This document shows, piece by piece, positions 19,886 to 26,688 of a stretch of 64,000 bases of DNA. Location: NCBI GenBank assembly GCA_934162445.1, contig CAKPIT010000003.1:64928-128927 (forward strand), written 5' to 3'. Position numbers and translations under genes: made by a program. The stretch is from an uncultured Bacilli bacterium. GTDB lineage: Bacteria > Bacillota_I > Bacilli_A > RF39 > UBA660. The notes under the pieces are model-generated. The model saw nothing but the letters and a program-made list of their open reading frames with translations, was not told the DNA's origin and did no database searches. Numbering within the stretch: position 1 is the first letter of the stretch; each line of letters starts with the position of its first letter.

Positions 19886-21667
19886 TTGATTTGTATGATA
19901 AATGATTTCAAAACTTTAAAATTAGAACCAGTAAAAGAACTAGATCAAGGTTTAAAAAATTTTCTTAATGATCTTGAGATGACTATTGAAACTGAAAAGA
20001 TAAATGCCATTAAGACTTTAACCAATCAGCTATTTAGTCACTATATTAATCTTATTGTAACTATTCAAGATAGCCTAACTAAAGAAGAACTTGCCACCTT
20101 TACGGCAAAAGAAGAAGAGTATGAACAAGCTATAACCAAGCTTAAAGAAAATGCCACCTCCCTAGAAACTATCAATAATCTTTATCAAGATATAGAAACA
20201 AGTTATAATGACTTAAAAACTTTAAGTACCAAAAAACTAGAAACCAATGCCATCTATAAAGAATTTAATGATTTAATTATGAAAATAAATGTTAATCTTG
20301 ATCTTTTAGCTAATATTTCTATACCCGATAATGAAGAAAAAGAAATAAAAGAGTTAATCACTAATTTTAATGATACCAAAGATAAAGAATTTTTAACACG
20401 TCTTTTAAATAAAACCCAAAATCTATTACAAGAAGAACCATCATCTAAAACTTCTTATCAAGTTTTTTCTCTTTTTACTGACATAACCCCTAAAATTAAA
20501 GATACTTATACTTTAATCCAAAATGATCTAACATATATTAAATACCACTTAATAGATAATAGTTTTTATTATGCTATTATTAAGCAAAAAGAAGATCTAG
20601 ATTCATTAATTAAAGAATTTAAACCTATAACTAATCTTATCCTAGATAAAGAACATATCATTAAAACTTGTGAAGAAATCATTAAAAACATTGAAATATA
20701 TTATAATATTAAAGAATATGTTACCTTTTTGATAGCTACCAAAAAAGAACAAGACTTCTTAAAATACCAATCTATTTTAACCGATTATGAATCAAAACTA
20801 AAAAGTCAATTTTCTTTTCTTCATGAACTTGCATTATTAGTTAATCATAAACCAAGTAAAATGTATCCTACTTTAGTCTATAATGGTGAACCATTTTCTA
20901 AAAGTACAAGTAATACTTTAACCGAAGATTCTCTTATTGCTAATATTTTTATGAACTATCAAGAAGATATTAATTTAGATACCAAAATGATTTTAACCCT
21001 TATTTATGACCATGATGTAGTAGATGATTTATATAATGCTAATTATAATGGCCACAAAAAAGAAATCAATAACTATACTAAAATTAGGAACTATTTAAAT
21101 CTAAGACTAAAAGAAATGGAAGAGTTGAAAACTTCTTCTCTAATAACAACCACTTTAAAAAAAGAGGATATATCCCTATATAAAGATGTCAATACCATAA
21201 TTGATATACAAATTGCTATTATTATTTGTGATAAAACATATAAAGAAGGGCAGGGCTTCTATGCTTTAGAAGACTATCTTAAATCAAACACCTTACAAAA
21301 ATTCACATCAAAGTATGGTTGCCGTAATCTTGTAAAAACTATTAACCGGCCAACTCTAATCAAACTCTTAGGAGAAAATATTTTAAAAAGATATCTTTTG
21401 GATAATCACAATCCGCAAATTACTTCGTTCCTAGATCAAACATTACTATCTAACAATTGTTCTCCTAATGATTTCGTTAACAAGTTAATAACTACTCCTG
21501 ATATTTTAAAACTAGCCATCTTTGACTTTAATTACAACTTTTTAGATAGTACTTCTGAAGATTCATTAACTGTCGTTAAAACAATTAAAAATACTGATCT
21601 TGCTAATGATAATTTAACCACCAGATGTATAAATCTCCTAATAAATATTAAAAAATATGATAAATAA
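19886..21667 (+). CDS. Hypothetical protein (large, helical/coiled-coil-like)
   Basis: 593 aa, no TM and no recognisable catalytic motif; followed by a hairpin (21724-21741) and a weak terminator (21774-21816). Confidence 0.4.
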   Translation: MICMINDFKTLKLEPVKELDQGLKNFLNDLEMTIETEKINAIKTLTNQLFSHYINLIVTIQDSLTKEELATFTAKEEEYEQAITKLKENATSLETINNLYQDIETSYNDLKTLSTKKLETNAIYKEFNDLIMKINVNLDLLANISIPDNEEKEIKELITNFNDTKDKEFLTRLLNKTQNLLQEEPSSKTSYQVFSLFTDITPKIKDTYTLIQNDLTYIKYHLIDNSFYYAIIKQKEDLDSLIKEFKPITNLILDKEHIIKTCEEIIKNIEIYYNIKEYVTFLIATKKEQDFLKYQSILTDYESKLKSQFSFLHELALLVNHKPSKMYPTLVYNGEPFSKSTSNTLTEDSLIANIFMNYQEDINLDTKMILTLIYDHDVVDDLYNANYNGHKKEINNYTKIRNYLNLRLKEMEELKTSSLITTTLKKEDISLYKDVNTIIDIQIAIIICDKTYKEGQGFYALEDYLKSNTLQKFTSKYGCRNLVKTINRPTLIKLLGENILKRYLLDNHNPQITSFLDQTLLSNNCSPNDFVNKLITTPDILKLAIFDFNYNFLDSTSEDSLTVVKTIKNTDLANDNLTTRCINLLINIKKYDK

Positions 21668-21880
21668 TTGTAATTTACGAAAACTCGTACTTGTATCTTT
21701 TATAAATTTATTATATATTGTTATTGGGAAGTATTTCCCAAGTCACCAAACCTTCTTTACCATCTGTTTGTTTAAGTCGCCCATTTAAACATAAAAGAAA
21801 GCTGGTGGCTTTTTTATTATAGTAAAATAAGAGTGATTTACTATGAAAGAATATGAATTAAACAAATAAAAATAAATGTA

Positions 21881-21908
21881 TTGACAATCGCAAATAATAT
21901 GATAAAAT
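21881..21908 (+). promoter_or_regulatory. Sigma-A-type promoter with extended -10 (TTGACA-16-TGaTAAAAT)
   Basis: TTGACA at 21881-21886, TG at 21900-21901, TAAAAT at 21903-21908; the small ORF RBS follows about 20 nt downstream. Confidence 0.5.
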
Positions 21909-21934
21909 ACTTTTTAATTGATTTAAGGAGAGCT

Positions 21935-22081
21935 ATGGAAAATATGTACTATAACCCAAATATTAAATTTAATAAAAAAATAAGTGTTAGAAAAAAATGC
22001 CATACTAACGCTGTTTGTTCATGTGTTCTTCTTGGCTTAATTAAAAATAAAATAATGACGGTGACTGAAATTTCATTATAA
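21935..22081 (+). CDS. Small ORF (48 aa) at the head of the operon; candidate leader or precursor peptide
   Basis: Strong SD AAGGAGAG 5 nt before the ATG; MENMYYNPNIKFNKKISVRKKCHTNAVCSCVLLGLIKNKIMTVTEISL; it lies downstream of the promoter, whereas the ORF-track frame begins inside the -35 box. Confidence 0.3.
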   Translation: MENMYYNPNIKFNKKISVRKKCHTNAVCSCVLLGLIKNKIMTVTEISL

Positions 22082-22124
22082 CATAATGAGTTTCGGCACC
22101 GTTTTTTTGTGGGAGGTGTTTTGA

Positions 22125-23558
22125 TTGATTACATTACAAAATTTACTAAACAAAATAAAAGAATATAATTCAGAAGAAGTAAAAGTAGTAGAAAAAGCCT
22201 ACGAATATGCTAATGTTTTACATCAAGGTCAAATGAGACAAAGTGGCGAACCATATATAAGTCATCCTTTAAATGTAGCCTATATATTAGCAGAAATGCA
22301 CGCTGATAAAGATACAATATGCGCTGGCCTTTTACATGATACGTTAGAAGATACTAGTATTGCAAAAGAGGATATTGCTCATGAATTTAATCAAAATGTT
22401 GCCAATTTAGTAGATGGAGTAACAAAATTATCCAAGATGAATTTTTCATCTAAGCAGGATCAAAATTATGCTAATACAAGAAAGATAATAACTGGAATAA
22501 CAGATGATGTTAGAATAATCATCATCAAACTTGCTGATAGACTTCATAATATGAGAACATTAGGATTTAAATCTGAATTTAAACAAAAAGAAAATGCACT
22601 TGAAACAATGGAAATATTTGTTCCTCTTGCTTATTATATTGGAGCGTACAGAATTAAATCTGAATTGGAAGATTTATCTCTTCAATATTTAAAACCAGAT
22701 ACATATAAAAATATTGAAGAAAGAAAACTAAAATTAGAAGAATCAAGTAATGCGTGTTTAAATGAGATGTTTTATAAAATAAAAGCTTTATTAGATAATC
22801 AAAACATTCCAAATGAAATAAAAATAAGAACAAAAAACATTTATGGTATATACAAAAGATTAAGCGAAGGCCACAAATTATCTGATATACATGATTTATT
22901 ATCACTTAAAATAATGGTAGATGAAATAGCTAATTGCTATCTTACCCTAGGAATGATTCACAAAGAATATCATCCAATCAATGATAAGTTTAAAGATTAT
23001 ATTTGTAATCCCAAAACTAATATGTATCAAAGTTTACATACAACAGTATTTGGTCCAGATGATAGATTAGTTCAAACCCAGATAAGAACTTTTGCAATGG
23101 ATAGAGTAGCCTCATTTGGATTAACCGCATATTGGAATGAACAAAAAGGTAAAGCAAGAGATATAATGCAAGAAAACTTAAGACAAAAATTTCAGTTTTT
23201 TAAATCTTTAATAGAAATTAATTCCATGTTTGGAGATAATCAACAATTTGTAAAACAAGTTAAAAACGAATTATTTGCAGACAGGATATATGTTTATACT
23301 ACCAAAGGTGATGTTATTGAATTACCAAAGGGGTCCACGCCAATAGATTTTGCATATAAAATTCATACTGATATAGGTAATACAATGATTGGTGCATTTG
23401 TTAATGATGAATATGTACCAGTTGATTATATATTACAAAATAAAGACAGAGTAAAAGTTATTACAGATGATTATTCTTTTGGTCCAAGAGAAGAGTGGAT
23501 TGAAAAAACACAAACTAGTTTAGCAAAAAGAAAAATTAAAGAATTTAATAGAAAATAG
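22125..23558 (+). CDS. Truncated long-RSH: HD (p)ppGpp hydrolase + RelA/SpoT synthetase + TGS domain, lacking C-terminal ZFD/ACT domains
   Basis: TTG start 5 nt after GGGAGGTG; HD motif HPLNVAYILAEMH...LLHDTLEDT; synthetase motifs RTKNIYGIYKRL, DIHDLLSLKIMV, YQSLHTTV; TGS IYVYTTKGDVIELPKGSTPIDFAYKIHTDIGN; 477 aa versus 717 aa for the canonical Rel at 48207. Confidence 0.8.
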   Translation: MITLQNLLNKIKEYNSEEVKVVEKAYEYANVLHQGQMRQSGEPYISHPLNVAYILAEMHADKDTICAGLLHDTLEDTSIAKEDIAHEFNQNVANLVDGVTKLSKMNFSSKQDQNYANTRKIITGITDDVRIIIIKLADRLHNMRTLGFKSEFKQKENALETMEIFVPLAYYIGAYRIKSELEDLSLQYLKPDTYKNIEERKLKLEESSNACLNEMFYKIKALLDNQNIPNEIKIRTKNIYGIYKRLSEGHKLSDIHDLLSLKIMVDEIANCYLTLGMIHKEYHPINDKFKDYICNPKTNMYQSLHTTVFGPDDRLVQTQIRTFAMDRVASFGLTAYWNEQKGKARDIMQENLRQKFQFFKSLIEINSMFGDNQQFVKQVKNELFADRIYVYTTKGDVIELPKGSTPIDFAYKIHTDIGNTMIGAFVNDEYVPVDYILQNKDRVKVITDDYSFGPREEWIEKTQTSLAKRKIKEFNRK

Positions 23559-23580
23559 CAACTTTTTATGGAGGAAAAAT

Positions 23581-24834
23581 ATGAATATATACATTTATGA
23601 AAATATTAAAAAAAATATAGATGATTTAAAATTTGAAGTAGTAGAAACAAAAGGAAAAGGTCACCCTGATAATATTTGTGATACCTTAGCAGAAAAAATT
23701 TCCGCAAATTACTCGAAATATTGTTTAGAAAACTATGGTGTTATTTTACGACATATGATAGATAAACTTTCTATTTTAGGTGGCGGGTCAAAAGTTTATT
23801 TTGGTAAAGCACAAATTATATCTCCAATACGAATACTTGTTAACGGGCGATTTACAAATCGATATAAAGAAGAAAATATAGATTATATGAAAATTGTAGA
23901 GTATACAATTAAGAAATATTTTAAAGAGTTATTTCCACTGCTTGACTGTGAAAAATATTTAAAAATAATAGATAATACTCATCATAACGAAGGCCCGGGA
24001 GTTATTTATAACGACGACAACACCACTAACAATGATAGAAAAAAATTTTTTGAAGTTTCAAACGATAATGATATGCTAAATCATAATAATCAATTTAAAT
24101 GCAATGACACTTCAACAACAGTTAGTTATTATCCCATGAGTAAACTGGAACAAACTGTTTTAAAAATAGAACAAACTCTTAATTCTAATGAATATTCAAA
24201 AATGAATCCTTGGGTTGGTAGTGATATCAAGGTAATGGGAATTAGAAAAGACAATAAAATAGAAATCACTAGTTGTGTTCCACTAATATCAACATATGTA
24301 CTAAGTTTAGAAGATTACAAAAGCAAAATAAAAATAATAAAAAAAGATATTAGAGAAGTCGTAAAGTCTTTTTTTCCTGAAAATCCCATATTAATCTATC
24401 TAAATACTAGAGACAACTATGAAAAAAACGATTTATATTTAACAGCTATAGGAAGCGCAGTTGAAAGTGGCGATGAAGGTGCAGTTGGCCGTGGTAATCG
24501 CTCCAGAGGTGTTATTCCATTTTGTAGAAATTTTAGTATGGAAGCTCCATGTGGAAAAAATCCTGTTTATCATACAGGGAAATTATTTACAGCAATAGGT
24601 GATATAATAAGTAAGAAAATATATGATCAATATAATTTGGAGAATGTTGTATATTGTACTTCAAAAATGGGTGATAACATTAAAAATCCATGGAATATTA
24701 GTGTAGAGTTAAATGCTCCAATTACAGCCGACAATATAAAGAAAATTAATGAATTAATAGAAACAGAAATTAGTAATCATAGAGACGTTACTTATAAAAT
24801 AATATCTAACACAATAAAGTTAAATAGTTATTAA
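23581..24834 (+). CDS. Archaeal-type S-adenosylmethionine synthetase (MAT, PF01941-like)
   Basis: It aligns by eye along its length with M. jannaschii MAT: [19 protein letters not shown] vs [59 protein letters not shown] vs [80 protein letters not shown] vs [40 protein letters not shown]. Confidence 0.8.
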   Translation: [417 protein letters not shown]

Positions 24835-24844
24835 GAGGTGAGGT

Positions 24845-25834
24845 ATGGATAAAAAATTATTATATTATTCAGAACTAAATAATTATTTTTTACAAAAAGA
24901 TTATAATTGTATTAAACCATTTCCCGTTGAAAATAATAATGATACTATTTTTTTAACAGCTGGTATACAACCAATTTTGAAACAATTTAGAGAAAATAAT
25001 TTATTAAATTCAAAAAAAGTCTATGTTTCGCAACCAGTTATTAGAACGCAATTTATGAACAGTTTATCTGAAGGATCTTCACTAGCATTTATTAATTCAA
25101 CAACCGCTGGATTTAATATATCTGAAAATGAGCATAAAAACTTAGTTAAAGATTGGTTAGAATTATTTTCTATTGTTGGTTTAAAATCATCTAACATCAC
25201 TACATATAGTAAAAATTATGAACGTATTTGGGGAGATTTATTGGTATCCGGAGAAAAAACATTTTATTATTATAATGGCTTGGAATTAGGTGATACAACA
25301 TTTTTTACCAAAATATCTAAAGATAATTGTAATATTGGTATTGAAACAATAAGTGATGTTGGATTTGGCTTAGAAAGAATAAGATGGTGTGTAAACAAAT
25401 CTTCATATTTTGATTTGTATAGCGATAGTAGTGCTATATCACCCCCAATCAAAGCTTATTTATCTGCACTTGCTCTATTGTGTGTAAATGACATTAAACC
25501 ATCAAATAAAAATGCAGGTTATAGATATAGAATGTTTTCTAAAAAATTAGCATTTCTTTTAAATGGGCACGAATTATCTTTTAATGAAGAAAAATATTTG
25601 ATAGAAAGTATAAGATATTGGTCTGAATGGCAAAAAAATGATAATAATGTTGACATTATACTTTTTAAAAAAGAGTATGTTAGGAACTGTAATAGATATA
25701 TAATTGATACATTAAATCGAGAAGGATATAAAAATTTATCTGGAATTGACATTAATATTTCAAGAGAAGAAATGCAAAAAAGATTAATTTCTTCTGGTGT
25801 AAAGAAAGAAAAAATAAAAAAATTATATAAATAG
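24845..25834 (+). CDS. Stand-alone alanyl-tRNA-synthetase catalytic-core homologue (class IIc aaRS fold), lacking tRNA-recognition, editing and C-Ala domains
   Basis: Collinear matches to the E. coli AlaRS N-terminus: NDTIFLTAGIQPILKQF vs DPTLLFTNAGMNQFKDVF; VYVSQPVIRTQ vs ATTSQRCVRAG; DVGFGLERIRWCVNK vs DTGMGLERIAAVLQH; PSNKNAGYRYRMF vs PSNENRGYVLRRI; only 329 aa. Confidence 0.65.
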   Translation: MDKKLLYYSELNNYFLQKDYNCIKPFPVENNNDTIFLTAGIQPILKQFRENNLLNSKKVYVSQPVIRTQFMNSLSEGSSLAFINSTTAGFNISENEHKNLVKDWLELFSIVGLKSSNITTYSKNYERIWGDLLVSGEKTFYYYNGLELGDTTFFTKISKDNCNIGIETISDVGFGLERIRWCVNKSSYFDLYSDSSAISPPIKAYLSALALLCVNDIKPSNKNAGYRYRMFSKKLAFLLNGHELSFNEEKYLIESIRYWSEWQKNDNNVDIILFKKEYVRNCNRYIIDTLNREGYKNLSGIDINISREEMQKRLISSGVKKEKIKKLYK

Positions 25835-25889
25835 AAAGGGATCAATCTAATAGATTAATATTTTTATAAGATTGATTATATGAGAAAAT

Positions 25890-26564
25890 ATGAAATTGTT
25901 TTTATGTGGTGGGGGATCAGGAAAGCAAATAGAAAAAGCTTTAAATGAATTTTCTTTAATAATAGATAAATCAAAGCCCATATTATATGTTCCATTAGCA
26001 ATGGCTAAAGAAAAATATGATAGTTGTTATTTATGGTTTCAAGAAGAAATAAAAAAGATAAACATAGATAAATTTGAAATGGTTACATCAGCCCTTGAAT
26101 TATCTGAAAAAAATTTTCATGATTATAGCGCTCTTTTTATTGGTGGTGGCAATACTTATAAATTATTAGCAGAAATAAAACAATATGGCAATTATGAAAA
26201 AATAGTAAATTACTTAAATAACGATGGCCTTATTTTTGGTAGTAGTGCAGGGGCTATTATCTTTGGTAAAGATATAAACAGTTGCTTACTTGATGATGAA
26301 AATAATATAAATTTAAAAGATACAGTGGGCTTTAATTTATTAAATGATTATTCTATACTGTGTCATTTAACTAAAAACAACTTAGAAAAAAACTGTTCGT
26401 ATTTAAAAGAGTATTCTCAAACTACCAAAGTAATATATTTACCAGAAGAAGATGTTATTGAACTTGATAATGCTGGAACAAAAATTTTAGGTACTAAAAA
26501 TTATGTAGTATTTATTGCTGGTGAATACAGATGGCAAGATTGTGATAGTTTTAAAATATCTTAA
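25890..26564 (+). CDS. Peptidase S51 family (dipeptidase E / cyanophycinase-like, class I glutamine amidotransferase fold)
   Basis: FLCGGGSGK...ALFIGGGNTYKLL...LIFGSSAGAI contains the S51 GGN and SAG(A) nucleophile-elbow motifs. Confidence 0.65.
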   Translation: MKLFLCGGGSGKQIEKALNEFSLIIDKSKPILYVPLAMAKEKYDSCYLWFQEEIKKINIDKFEMVTSALELSEKNFHDYSALFIGGGNTYKLLAEIKQYGNYEKIVNYLNNDGLIFGSSAGAIIFGKDINSCLLDDENNINLKDTVGFNLLNDYSILCHLTKNNLEKNCSYLKEYSQTTKVIYLPEEDVIELDNAGTKILGTKNYVVFIAGEYRWQDCDSFKIS

Positions 26565-26587
26565 TAAGAAATTAATAATACTAAAAT

Positions 26588-26632
26588 AATACAAATAATA
26601 GACTTCAAAAGGCTTTATATTTGTATTTTTTT
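26588..26632 (+). terminator. Rho-independent terminator closing the 21.9-26.6 kb operon
   Basis: Stem AATACAAATA ... TATTTGTATT (10 bp perfect) followed by TTTTTT. Confidence 0.6.
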
Positions 26633-26688
26633 CTTTTCTTTAATTAAAATATAGTCTATAATAAGTAAAGAGAAAAGGAGTGGTAAAA

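Noticed and set aside
21881-22081. 66-aa ORF from the supplied track in the leader of the operon
   Set aside because: Its first codons are the TTGACA -35 box and it precedes the -10. The in-frame ATG at 21935, which has a strong SD, is the plausible gene (reported as a 48-aa small ORF).
26565-26688. Possible T-box leaders upstream of hisS and of trpS (32838-32931)
   Set aside because: The intergenic regions are only ~95-125 nt and lack the GGTGGTACCGCG T-box sequence. They contain just a terminator and promoter.
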